NCBI GenBank assembly: GCA_964647565.1 | Contig: CAZYIM010000004.1 | Span: forward strand, 1 to 36,176 | DNA length: 36,176 nucleotides | Source: an uncultured Methanosarcinales archaeon | Lineage (GTDB): Archaea; Nanobdellota; Nanobdellia; Woesearchaeales; CAZYIM01 | Direction of reading: 5' to 3' | Shown: positions 8,731 through 18,128 of the stretch, in pieces | Numbering within the stretch: the stretch's first letter is position 1 | Layout: every line of letters starts with the position of its first letter | Position numbers and translations under genes: made by a program | The notes under the pieces: model-generated | Told to the model about the DNA's origin: nothing | Seen by the model: the letters and a program-made list of their open reading frames with translations, nothing else | Database searches by the model: none

Positions 8731-8966
8731 GATAAACCACCACGCTTTTTTGATAATAAGTACCCTTTATCAGTTGGTTGTAATATATAAAGCTTTTGAT
8801 TTCTAATTGAGGTCAACCTCCTATGCTTGGTATCGAGGATACATCAATTAGGACAAAAAATCCCCTTTATGTTGAATACCTCTGAGCACTGCTCAGTTGA
8901 GATTATTAATTTTTATTGAGAGATCTTATAGAAAGATTTTAAAACAATAGAGGAGAATTGTATCAT

Positions 8967-10004
8967 ATGAAACTGGAACTATTTAAAAAACATCTTCGAC
9001 AGAATAATATTGATGCTGCAATATTTTTTTCCAAAGGCCAGAATTTCGTTTATTTTGTTCAAGAGAAAATACCAGATAGCTTGCTTATCATCTTTTCCAA
9101 AGGATCTCCTTTGATTTTAGTGACGCCACTTGCTAATCAAAAATATTGTTATACTGCTAAAGTGTCCAAAGATTTTAAATCTGATATAAAGAAGATTTTC
9201 AAGAAAAGGAAAATAAAAACCTTGGGTGTCAACAAGAGATTCTTAACTGTTTCTCAGCATAACAAACTACGGAAGTTCGGCAAGCTTGTAGATATACGTA
9301 ATTCTGTATTTAAGCTTCGATTGACCAAAACTCCTGAAGAGATCCAAAAAATTAGAAAAGCTTGTAGAAAGACAGATAAGATATTTGATGCAATAATCGA
9401 TAATTTCAAACAATTCAAAACAGAAGAAGATATTAGGAAATTTATTAAGATACTTGCGATTGAAGAGGATTGTGAGCTTTCATTCGATCCCGTTGTAGCT
9501 TCAGGTGTAAATGCCGTAATTCCTCATTATACGAAAAATTCTAAACTTAAAAAAGGATTTCTAGTACTAGATTTTGGGTTAAAATATAAGGGCTACTGTT
9601 CTGACCTGACAAGAACAATATATCTTGGCAAACCCAGTGAAAAGGAATTAAATTTTTATCTCAAGATAGTATGGATACAGGATGAGACTATCAAGCAGAT
9701 AAAGCCAGGCATCCAGGCTGCTGTTCTGGATAAATTTGCACGAGATTATTTTGGGAAAGACAAAGAATATTTTATCCATAGCCTGGGTCATGGTATAGGC
9801 CTTAATATACATGAAGAACCTGCCTTAGCACCTAAATCCAAAGTCATTTTAGATGAAAACATGGTATTTACTATTGAACCTGGATATTATAACAAGATTG
9901 GAATACGAGTTGAAGATGATATTCTTGTGACAAAAAAAGGGCATAAGTTTCTTACCCAAAGCCCTCGTCACCTAATTTTTATTAAAGACTTTGGTAAAAA
10001 ATAA
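8967..10004 (+). CDS. Xaa-Pro aminopeptidase/prolidase (peptidase M24B)
   Basis: PH, LDFG..Y.GYCSDLTRT, HSLGHGIGLNIHEEP, FTIEPG and GIRVEDD metal-binding motifs. Confidence 0.93.
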   Translation: MKLELFKKHLRQNNIDAAIFFSKGQNFVYFVQEKIPDSLLIIFSKGSPLILVTPLANQKYCYTAKVSKDFKSDIKKIFKKRKIKTLGVNKRFLTVSQHNKLRKFGKLVDIRNSVFKLRLTKTPEEIQKIRKACRKTDKIFDAIIDNFKQFKTEEDIRKFIKILAIEEDCELSFDPVVASGVNAVIPHYTKNSKLKKGFLVLDFGLKYKGYCSDLTRTIYLGKPSEKELNFYLKIVWIQDETIKQIKPGIQAAVLDKFARDYFGKDKEYFIHSLGHGIGLNIHEEPALAPKSKVILDENMVFTIEPGYYNKIGIRVEDDILVTKKGHKFLTQSPRHLIFIKDFGKK

Positions 10005-10062
10005 AATTAATTTCCTTGCTGAAAACAAAACTTTTATATTATCCAATAAAAAGTCTTGAAAT

Positions 10063-11814
10063 ATGAAATACAACCTAAAACAATTCAATAGTGCAGTTAA
10101 CTATTACAAGAAAAAGCTAACGCCATATAAGAAAAAGACAATTCTTATACTCATGCATCTTGGTGATGATAATGCATATTTTTCTATTGCTCCTCTTTCA
10201 AGGGCAGCCTACATGCTGGGAATAGATATATCTGTCAGCGTAATTGGAGATGACTCAGAAGGTCTAGAGGCGCTCTATGACGTCTGGGATACATTTGATA
10301 ATCTCAAGAAAGGTGTGGTTAACACTAAAACAAAAGCTCTTAAGGCATTTATTGCTGAAGTTGAAAAAAAGACCAAGGGTAAGTTCAAAAAGATCTTCAA
10401 AAGGCCTGACTTAGAGATATTTTCAGATGGCCAATGCTTTGTTTCAAGCAAGGGTTTATTTATGGAGTTTAAAACAGAATGGTATAAGACTCATAAATGG
10501 AACAATCTCTTAAAAACAGGTAAGGTAATTTGGTCGCAGGTTATGGATCTTAAATCATCTGAGAAGGTTGGTATCGGATTTGAACTTGTTCCAGATGCCA
10601 AGCATACAGAGCTGCCTTTAGAGGATTACCTCGATTCTTTTTCAATTTCTTTGGCAATGGCAAGTTCAATCAAGAACTCTAAGTCTATGAAAGCTTCGAC
10701 AGCTCGCTGGTCGATGCTGGATGAAGCTCCTAGATTGGGTGAGCTTTCTACCACTCTTCTTGGCTGTGAATTGAAAAAGAATGTTTCTGAGCCCATCTTC
10801 AAGAAGTTCAAGGTTCTGTCCAGGCTTTTGAAATTGAACAGATTAAAGACCAATAATGCAAGCTTTTTCATACACGCTAAAGGGTATGGAGGTAAGCACC
10901 TGTTTGGAGAGGCTATAGGATACCCTACTGATAACAAGAAGAGCAGATGGCCTAGCCCTGGAGGATTCATATATAAGTTCGATTGGTATGCGCAATCTGC
11001 ATATGAGGATAGAGATCCAATTTCTAGGGTGTGTTTCACAGAGACCTTACCTATAGATATCTTCATCGAGACGTGCAATATTGATTGGCTGGCAATGAAG
11101 AGACGAGATGATAAGATCCGATCTGTCGTGAATAAGTCGGATCATGTTGCAGTGGAATCCAAAACTTCCAATTTTAAGGTATATCTTAAGAGCGGTAAGA
11201 GCCATAGATTATGTAAAGGCTCTGATGTGGAGACCAGAAACCTAGTAAACCAGGATATTCTGAAGCTTAAAGGTATCAAGACGGGTACTATGGCTAATCT
11301 TCCTGGTGGTGAGGCCTTTGTTACGCCCGAATATATTGACGGTATATTTTATGGGGATGTTGTAATAAGTGTTGATAGGAGTTATGTGCTTAATCCTAAA
11401 CAACCATTGGTTGTCGAATGTAGTAAAAAAGGATATAATATTTTGTCGGGACCTAAGAAAATCCTTTCAAAGCTGGATGAGAAGAAAGCTGAAGCGTGGA
11501 AAAGGTTAATGGTCCTTGAAAAGAACAAATCCTTGCCGCAACCTCTTATCAATATGAAGAAAAAGAACTTTAACAACATCGGAGAGTTTGCGATCAACAC
11601 AAATCCCCAGGCCAAATTGTGTGATTATTTGATTGTGAATGAAAAAATAGCCAAAATGATCCATATAGCATTGGGCGCAGGATTTGAACCAGATAAAGAC
11701 ACTGAGTATCATTATGATATTGTAATAAATGCCCAAAAACAAAAATTAGACATCTACGGTGTCAAAGGCTCAAAGAGGTTTTATATCCTGAAAAAGGGTC
11801 ATTTTGTGGTCTAA
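10063..11814 (+). CDS. Peptidase M29 (aminopeptidase T-like) with an unusually long N-terminal region
   Basis: C-terminal NLPGGEAFVTP, IGEFAINTN, NEKIAKMIHIALG and HYDIV motifs. 583 aa. Confidence 0.8.
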   Translation: MKYNLKQFNSAVNYYKKKLTPYKKKTILILMHLGDDNAYFSIAPLSRAAYMLGIDISVSVIGDDSEGLEALYDVWDTFDNLKKGVVNTKTKALKAFIAEVEKKTKGKFKKIFKRPDLEIFSDGQCFVSSKGLFMEFKTEWYKTHKWNNLLKTGKVIWSQVMDLKSSEKVGIGFELVPDAKHTELPLEDYLDSFSISLAMASSIKNSKSMKASTARWSMLDEAPRLGELSTTLLGCELKKNVSEPIFKKFKVLSRLLKLNRLKTNNASFFIHAKGYGGKHLFGEAIGYPTDNKKSRWPSPGGFIYKFDWYAQSAYEDRDPISRVCFTETLPIDIFIETCNIDWLAMKRRDDKIRSVVNKSDHVAVESKTSNFKVYLKSGKSHRLCKGSDVETRNLVNQDILKLKGIKTGTMANLPGGEAFVTPEYIDGIFYGDVVISVDRSYVLNPKQPLVVECSKKGYNILSGPKKILSKLDEKKAEAWKRLMVLEKNKSLPQPLINMKKKNFNNIGEFAINTNPQAKLCDYLIVNEKIAKMIHIALGAGFEPDKDTEYHYDIVINAQKQKLDIYGVKGSKRFYILKKGHFVV

Positions 11815-11854
11815 AACAAAGCCTTTAAAAATACAGCTCCATTTTCTTTTAAAA

Positions 11855-13015
11855 ATGGCATCTAAGGAAGAAATAGACCAAGCATTTTTTTCATATACGA
11901 ACGTTAAGCCACTTAACGGACAGAATGGAAATAAACTTGAAGAAGAGAACAAAGTACTTAGAGAGACAGTAAATCACTTGAAAACAGAATTGCAGCGATT
12001 CAGGACTCCTCCCTTGTTAGTGGCTGAAATAATTGAAGTGCTTGGAGAGAATGCTATTATCAGACTTCCAAATGGCAATAATTTTCTCGTAAACATTAGT
12101 GCAGAGCTAAAAGACCTAAATCCGAGTGATTCTGTGGTCGTTGAACAAAAAAACCTTACTGTGATGGATAAGATTAATTCTACTAAAAAATTCAATGTAG
12201 AGAGCTTTGTGATCATTGAAAAACCCACAATAACCTGGAAAGATATTGGCGGATTGAATGAACAAATAGAGGATATCAAAGAAGTAATCGAGCTTCCCTT
12301 GAAAAAACCCGAGCTTTTCAAAAAAGTAGGTATTAAACCTCCTAAAGGCATCCTGCTTTATGGACCTCCTGGAACAGGAAAAACCCTGCTAGCAAAGGCG
12401 GTGGCTGCATCAACCAATTCAACCTTTATTGAAATAGTGGCTGCAGAACTGGTTCAGAAATTTATTGGAGAAGGTGCAAAACTGGTCAATGAGATATTTG
12501 ATATGGCCAGGGAGAAAGCACCGGCCATAATTTTTATTGATGAACTTGATGCTTTGGCCGCCAAACGAGTAGAACTAGGAACTTCAGGAGAACGGGAGGT
12601 ACAAAGGACGTTTATGCAGTTTTTAGCAGAGTTGGATGGATTTAAGCCTTTGGATAATGTAAAAATTATCGGTTGTACTAACCGAAAAGATATTCTTGAT
12701 CCTGCAGTACTTAGGCCCGGCAGGCTTGATAGACTGATAGATGTGCCTCTTCCTGATAAGGAAGGTATTAAACGAATATTCAAGATTCATACTCAAGCTA
12801 TGACTTTGAGTAAAAATATAAATTTCAACAAGATACATCATAAACTAGAAGAGTTTTCAGGGGCTGAAATAAATGCAGTCTGTACAGAAGCAGGTTATTT
12901 TGCCATTAGAGATAACAGAATTAAAATCCAGGAAAAGGATTTTCTTGACGGTATAAAGAAGGTCAAGAAAGAAGAAGAGCGTCAAGGTCAGGATTACCTG
13001 CACATGTTTGGATAA
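11855..13015 (+). CDS. pan: Proteasome-activating nucleotidase (AAA+ ATPase)
   Basis: N-terminal coiled coil and OB domain (PPLLVA), DIGGL, GPPGTGKT, FIDELD, GEREVQRT, RPGRLDR, C-terminal HbYX-like MFG. Start ATG 11855 has a TATA-like element about 25 nt upstream. Confidence 0.95.
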   Translation: MASKEEIDQAFFSYTNVKPLNGQNGNKLEEENKVLRETVNHLKTELQRFRTPPLLVAEIIEVLGENAIIRLPNGNNFLVNISAELKDLNPSDSVVVEQKNLTVMDKINSTKKFNVESFVIIEKPTITWKDIGGLNEQIEDIKEVIELPLKKPELFKKVGIKPPKGILLYGPPGTGKTLLAKAVAASTNSTFIEIVAAELVQKFIGEGAKLVNEIFDMAREKAPAIIFIDELDALAAKRVELGTSGEREVQRTFMQFLAELDGFKPLDNVKIIGCTNRKDILDPAVLRPGRLDRLIDVPLPDKEGIKRIFKIHTQAMTLSKNINFNKIHHKLEEFSGAEINAVCTEAGYFAIRDNRIKIQEKDFLDGIKKVKKEEERQGQDYLHMFG

Positions 13016-13121
13016 CAAAGTAGAGTGGTTGGAGCGAGACAGAGAAGTTCAAAATTATATTTTTCGTTCTTTATTGTTAGATAGGGTTGCCTCATGAATT
13101 GTAAATTTACTTTTTTCTGTT

Positions 13122-13164
13122 TTGAAAAATGAAGAAGACGTTAAAGGCGAATTTCATTTTTCAA
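13122..13164. terminator. Inverted repeat between convergent genes (possible terminator hairpin)
   Basis: TTGAAAAATGAA 13122-13133 / TTCATTTTTCAA 13153-13164, perfect 12-bp arms just past the stop of the 13168 gene. Confidence 0.4.
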
Positions 13165-13167
13165 TTT

Positions 13168-13896
13168 TTAAATAAATGCGAGAATTATTAATCCAATTAT
13201 GTCTATGAAATATAGAACTAATAATTTTTTTCTTTGTTTTACCCAAATTTTATTAAATTCTTTTTGCTTAAACTTCCCAGGAATTCTACCTCTAAAAATC
13301 TTTTTATAGAATTCAGATATGATTCTCTCTCCTCCAGTTATGGATAATAAGAAATATTTTCCGGGTATGTTTGGAAACAAAAAGTTAATGCCCAAACCTA
13401 CAACAATTGCAACCAAAGGACTACGGAAAAATTTAATTTTATCAAAACCTTCATATGGCGCATCTTTTAGCATCCCTCCAAGGGCGACAATAAAACCAAT
13501 AATCAAAGTTAAATATATTTTATTCATAGAAATTTCTATATAATATATTAAAAACCCAATTATCAATATCAGAAATACGCCTGTTACAAATTTTAATTGG
13601 TAGTTTATCTTGATGTTTAAATCTGATGGAATTTTATATTTATTCTGATTTTCTACTCTAATCAAAGCCTTGTAAATTTCTGTTGTAATTCTTTCTAAAC
13701 TTATTATAACCAATGCAACAATCAATAGGGGTAAATTAGGATTTATAAAGAATAATAAAATACTCCACAGAATACCAATAACTATGCTACGCAGTATTTT
13801 CGATGCACGAATTTTTTCAACTAATGAATCTCCATATAATCCCCATAGAATCATGTTTATTACTCCCAGTATACCAGATAAAATGTATGTAATCAT
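13168..13896 (-). CDS. Integral membrane protein with internal duplication; function unknown
   Basis: 242 aa, multiple TM segments. Both halves share G..(K/G)D...E.....K..RS....ERI..E.YK...R....K(Y/F). Visibly more AT-rich than its neighbours. Confidence 0.8.
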   Translation of the reverse strand: MITYILSGILGVINMILWGLYGDSLVEKIRASKILRSIVIGILWSILLFFINPNLPLLIVALVIISLERITTEIYKALIRVENQNKYKIPSDLNIKINYQLKFVTGVFLILIIGFLIYYIEISMNKIYLTLIIGFIVALGGMLKDAPYEGFDKIKFFRSPLVAIVVGLGINFLFPNIPGKYFLLSITGGERIISEFYKKIFRGRIPGKFKQKEFNKIWVKQRKKLLVLYFIDIIGLIILAFI

Positions 13897-14000
13897 GTTA
13901 TTCCTCTAGCAAATAATTTTTGTCAGTATATAAATTTTTCTCTAATAATTTGTTTTCTAAAATGACTTGGATGCAAACACCTTTGTGTTTCACACATAAC

Positions 14001-14008
14001 TTTTTAAA
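14001..14008 (+). promoter_or_regulatory. TATA box for the C/D sRNA
   Basis: TTTTTAAA 22-29 nt upstream of the sRNA terminal stem at 14030. Confidence 0.5.
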
Positions 14009-14029
14009 CTTAACAATCTCACTATTGTT

Positions 14030-14103
14030 GTGCGTGCAATGAGGGAAGTGAACACCCACTGAGCGAAAGCAATGAAGAGCGGAAGTAACTACCGAGCACG
14101 CAC
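14030..14103 (+). ncRNA. Archaeal box C/D 2'-O-methylation guide sRNA
   Basis: 8-bp terminal stem GTGCGTGC/GCACGCAC. Box C ATGAGG(G) at 14039, D' CTGA 14059-14062, GC-GAAA-GC tetraloop, C' ATGAAGA 14072-14078, D CCGA 14092-14095. The C/D deviations are compensatory (G-C pair). Two guides of about 13 nt. Confidence 0.85.
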
Positions 14104-14106
14104 TCT

Positions 14107-15114
14107 TTATTCTATTCGAAAATCAATACATACTCTGAATACATATGGTGCAAATTGTCCGCATTTGACTGTTCTTAGAATCTTGCATTTCAATTGGTTT
14201 CGCTTACATATCTTTGTGATCTTATTCCTTGCTAACTTAAATTCTTTTTCTCTTAAGAACTCATAGAAATGAATGATCGTGCCTTTTTTTGAAGCAAAAA
14301 GCGCAGCGTCAAGAAAATCTTCTGCGCCTTTAGGAAGAGGCATAAGAATTCTATCGAATTTCATTTTAAGCTTAGGAACAACCTTATTTACATCACCTTT
14401 GTAGAGTTTCACTTTACTGATTTTATTTAACTTGATGTTTTCCTCAGCATATTTATGTGCGATTGGGTTAAGTTCGATTCCTATAACCTCTTCGGGCTGG
14501 CTGTTTTTTGCTATAACACAAGGATAGGGTGCGCATCCTGAAAACATAACAAGAATCAGTTCATTGTTTTTAACAAGCTGATATATTCTTTTTCTTTCAT
14601 TACTCGATCTTGCAGAGAAATAGACCTTTTCAACATCTAGTTTTAGTTTTACGTTATTTTCGATATAGATTGTCTCTTTGGTCCTCTGCCCTGCTAAGTA
14701 TTTCATCTTTTGAGTCCTGAAAGTGCCGCCGTGGATATCTGCTTTTTTTACGACAGTCTTGATGATCTTGTTACTCTGAAGCAAGGTCTCTGCTATCAGT
14801 TTCTCTTTTTTCCTAAGCTCTTCAGGAACCTCAACAATGGCAATGCTACCGACAACATCATATGCTCTCCTGAGCAGAGCTAATTCTTTTTTTGAAAGAG
14901 ATTTTTCAAGAGAGTCTTTGAGCGATCCAGCTTTCTTTTTTTTGGTTAATTGTTTATTGATTATTGTTTCAGTTGTGGAAAACCTCTTCTTGATAGGGTA
15001 ATAGATGTATTGTTCATCCTTAGAAAACTTGTAATCGTAATCAAGTAACCCTTTTTTCATAAGAGTTCGCTTTACTTTCTCAGCCTTTTTTAGAGGTACT
15101 TTTAGTGTTAACAT
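14107..15114 (-). CDS. trm5: Trm5/Taw2-family (Met-10+-like) tRNA methyltransferase, probably tRNA m1G37 MTase
   Basis: N-terminal D1 domain, YDVVGSIAI, KVYFSAR...ERKR, SAM motif MFSGCAPY, ELNP, FDRILMPLP, IIHFY. Confidence 0.88.
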   Translation of the reverse strand: MLTLKVPLKKAEKVKRTLMKKGLLDYDYKFSKDEQYIYYPIKKRFSTTETIINKQLTKKKKAGSLKDSLEKSLSKKELALLRRAYDVVGSIAIVEVPEELRKKEKLIAETLLQSNKIIKTVVKKADIHGGTFRTQKMKYLAGQRTKETIYIENNVKLKLDVEKVYFSARSSNERKRIYQLVKNNELILVMFSGCAPYPCVIAKNSQPEEVIGIELNPIAHKYAEENIKLNKISKVKLYKGDVNKVVPKLKMKFDRILMPLPKGAEDFLDAALFASKKGTIIHFYEFLREKEFKLARNKITKICKRNQLKCKILRTVKCGQFAPYVFRVCIDFRIE

Positions 15115-15200
15115 AAACTTGGTTGAATAAATGCCTTATTTAAAGCTTCTGAAACCAGATTGAATCAAAAAACTTTTTAACTTATAAACGCTATCTCACT

Positions 15201-16202
15201 ATGATGAGGGATATATCTAATAAAATTCTTCTAGCTATAGCAACAATAGTTATCATGACGGTTATCTTTGAATTAGCTTTCAGTATTTTTGGACCCAAAT
15301 ACCCCCAGTTCAATACTCACTCGAGCGAATATTTTACTAATCCCCGGGGCTATTATGATGCTGTGAGGATAGATCCCTATGGTAACCAAATATATAGCAT
15401 ACGTTATCGTTTTGATAAAAACGAGTATAGACTTCCTGAAAAGCAGGGTATTTACTTGGCATATGATGAAGATAAAGATGTTAAGATTCTAGGTTTGGGG
15501 GACTCATTTGCATGGGGTCAGGGAGTCAGATATGATGATTTATATTTAACCCGTCTTGAAACATTATTAAGTGAAGAGAATAAAAAAGTTGACTATCAGG
15601 TTCTAAATAGTGGAAAGAAAGGCCATAATGTGAAGTCTGTGATGCAGGAATTTCTAGAAAAGACCAAGAATAGATCATTTAACATCATAATTTATGGGTT
15701 TGTATTAAATGATTTTACCCGAGATAACTTATGCGAAGATTTGATTGACTATAATAATTGTGGTACTGATTCTAATTCGTTCCAATATAATTCTGCTATT
15801 TTCAGATATTTTTACCATAGCATACGCAAATGGCGAATTAAAGAATATACTATCAAATCCTATCTGAATTCATTTGAGGATACTTCATCAACATATCATT
15901 TTAATCTCTTAAACAAGATGGATAAGGACTCAAAAGAGAAAAATAGCACATTTATCCTTGTCATATTTCCTTTGCTTTATCATCTGGATGAGACATATCC
16001 TTTCGTGTCAATCCATGATAAGATTAAGAGCTATGGACAGGAGAATGATTTTCTTGTTCTGGATCTTTTACCTTATTATAGGGAATATGCTGACGCTGAG
16101 CTTTGGGCGGCACCTACAGATCAACATCCAAATGAGCTGGCACACAACATAACTGCCCGTGCGATATTTGAATTTATGCAAGAACATAAATTGATTGAAT
16201 AG
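15201..16202 (+). CDS. Membrane-anchored SGNH/GDSL hydrolase-like protein
   Basis: N-terminal TM helix, LGDSFAWGQG (block I), VLND (block III), DQHPN (block V DxH). Confidence 0.85.
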   Translation: MMRDISNKILLAIATIVIMTVIFELAFSIFGPKYPQFNTHSSEYFTNPRGYYDAVRIDPYGNQIYSIRYRFDKNEYRLPEKQGIYLAYDEDKDVKILGLGDSFAWGQGVRYDDLYLTRLETLLSEENKKVDYQVLNSGKKGHNVKSVMQEFLEKTKNRSFNIIIYGFVLNDFTRDNLCEDLIDYNNCGTDSNSFQYNSAIFRYFYHSIRKWRIKEYTIKSYLNSFEDTSSTYHFNLLNKMDKDSKEKNSTFILVIFPLLYHLDETYPFVSIHDKIKSYGQENDFLVLDLLPYYREYADAELWAAPTDQHPNELAHNITARAIFEFMQEHKLIE

Positions 16203-16222
16203 AATGGTCATCTAGTATTTTT

Positions 16223-17092
16223 CTAAATAACTATCATGATCACTCCCCAGATCATGATTATGCAGCCCATTAGCTTTATAGGAAGACCTTTTTCATGGAA
16301 CATGCTTCCCCCGATAATCGACGAGAACAAAGTAGATAATCTTTTGATCGGAATGACCAAAGATACATAAGCAAGAGACATTGCATTTATCTGTAAGAAC
16401 CGGTAGGTCACTGTAAACACTGCTACAAGGAGAATCCAGATGCCTGCATTCTTTATTCCATGCGCAATACCCTTGAAACCGTCATGCATCAGGTTAATCA
16501 TCACTATAAAATTTATGCATAAGAAGAAATGCACTATGACAATATAGCTGGTTGGATCTACACCATTGTTAAGTACAAACTTGTCGCAAACAGAACTGAT
16601 TGAATAGAGAATCAATGCTACGAAGATATAATGGATATGCCTTGATTTTATCAATTTTACAAAAGGATCTTTTAGATGCTTAAAACTATGATCCACCTCT
16701 AGTGCATAAGCTCCGATGAGCAGGATAAATATACCTCCCAGTTGACGTCCAGTAAGCTGTTCTCCTAAGAACAGGAATGCTGCAAATGCTGTGATGGCAG
16801 GTCCGAAGTTAAGCATAGGTGATGATACAGATATTTCAAGATGCCTTATTGCTTTGGCAACAAACAGGAATGCGATGGATCCTAGCACAGAGGCGATAAA
16901 GATAACAACATAACTGATGAGTCCTATATCGAAATTGACCTTAGGAAGGAAAATCAAAGAAATGACAAAAGTGAATATAGATAATACAGTAGCAAATTCC
17001 ATTGCATGCTCTTTGAACAAGGTTTTCTTCTGGACAATGCATGCTGCTGATGAGAAGATTGCTGCTCCGAGTGCAAAAACATACCATTGCAT
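16223..17092 (-). CDS. EamA/DMT-family transporter
   Basis: About 10 TM helices in two repeats, with FLGEQL and MFHEK motifs. ATG overlaps the fen stop (TAATG). Confidence 0.88.
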   Translation of the reverse strand: MQWYVFALGAAIFSSAACIVQKKTLFKEHAMEFATVLSIFTFVISLIFLPKVNFDIGLISYVVIFIASVLGSIAFLFVAKAIRHLEISVSSPMLNFGPAITAFAAFLFLGEQLTGRQLGGIFILLIGAYALEVDHSFKHLKDPFVKLIKSRHIHYIFVALILYSISSVCDKFVLNNGVDPTSYIVIVHFFLCINFIVMINLMHDGFKGIAHGIKNAGIWILLVAVFTVTYRFLQINAMSLAYVSLVIPIKRLSTLFSSIIGGSMFHEKGLPIKLMGCIIMIWGVIMIVI

Positions 17093-18126
17093 TAGAAAAA
17101 CTCACCCAACCCTTTTTGTTTTTTTTCAGATTCACTTTTTACCAGCTTGTCCATGACACCAGAGACTCTATCCACATTAAAGTCATGCTCTTCTACTAGT
17201 ATCTTATTGACTTCATCCCTATTAGGTTCTTGCCATTCCAGAACATAATCATCAGTAGTCTGCATATTCTTTAATAAATCAAATAATACTGTCCATTCAA
17301 ACTCAAAGAAATCACTCCAGTTCATTTCAGCAAATAGAGTCTTAAAATCAGCCCCACTTTCTTTTACAGCAGCAAGAGCTTTTTTCGGGCCAATTCCCTT
17401 GATACCTTTGGCATTAAAGTCTGTTCCGACTAACATGGCCAATACGATAAGTTGATCTTGATTTATATTTAATTTTCGAAGATTCTCGTCGAGGGATATC
17501 AGTTCTGGATTGATAGTTTCATATCTTAATTGGTTGATTTTCTTCTTTTTACCAGTAATATTGAGATTTTTTATGACAAGAGGAGCTTTAAACAATAAAG
17601 AGTCTGCGTCCTGGCTGACAACAGCATAACACTCACCTTTAAGGGTAAGATGCGCTGCTTGTGCTTCACCCTCGCAAGGTGCTTGTACAATGGGGATGCC
17701 TAACGCTGTTAAGAGTTTCTTGGCTTCTTCAACCATATCTTTAGTCAGCAAAGAGGTTCTTGAAGCATATTTTTTCATGGCTTCAAGATCTTCTTCCTGT
17801 TTAGCAGCTTCATATTTTTTCTGTGCTTCAATCTTGACCTCTTTTCTTCTGGCTCTTTCCTTTTTTTTTAGTTCTGGTGGTTCACCATCAAAAACAAAAA
17901 CCAATTTGATTTTTTTTTGCATAAGTTTTGTGACTCTGTTGAATAGACCAGTCAAATGGCTGGTAACATTCCCTTTAGAATCTGTAAGCAGGCTTCCATC
18001 TCTTTGTCGAATGGTTGATAAGAACTGATAAAGCATGTTGAATGCATCAACTGCAAGTGTTTTTCCACTTAGATCTTCAAGCGTTATGGTTTCTTTTTCT
18101 AATATATCCATGATTGCGGTTCCCAT
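17092..18126 (-). CDS. fen: Flap endonuclease 1
   Basis: MG start, AVDAFNMLYQFL, VFDG.PP.LK, EGEAQAA, SQDADSLLF, GTDFN..GIKGIGPKKA, C-terminal PIP box QKGLGEFF. Confidence 0.97.
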   Translation of the reverse strand: MGTAIMDILEKETITLEDLSGKTLAVDAFNMLYQFLSTIRQRDGSLLTDSKGNVTSHLTGLFNRVTKLMQKKIKLVFVFDGEPPELKKKERARRKEVKIEAQKKYEAAKQEEDLEAMKKYASRTSLLTKDMVEEAKKLLTALGIPIVQAPCEGEAQAAHLTLKGECYAVVSQDADSLLFKAPLVIKNLNITGKKKKINQLRYETINPELISLDENLRKLNINQDQLIVLAMLVGTDFNAKGIKGIGPKKALAAVKESGADFKTLFAEMNWSDFFEFEWTVLFDLLKNMQTTDDYVLEWQEPNRDEVNKILVEEHDFNVDRVSGVMDKLVKSESEKKQKGLGEFF

Positions 18127-18128
18127 TA

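Noticed and set aside
14072..14266. 64-aa + strand ORF
   Set aside because: Its ATG is the C' box of the sRNA and the rest is antisense to trm5.
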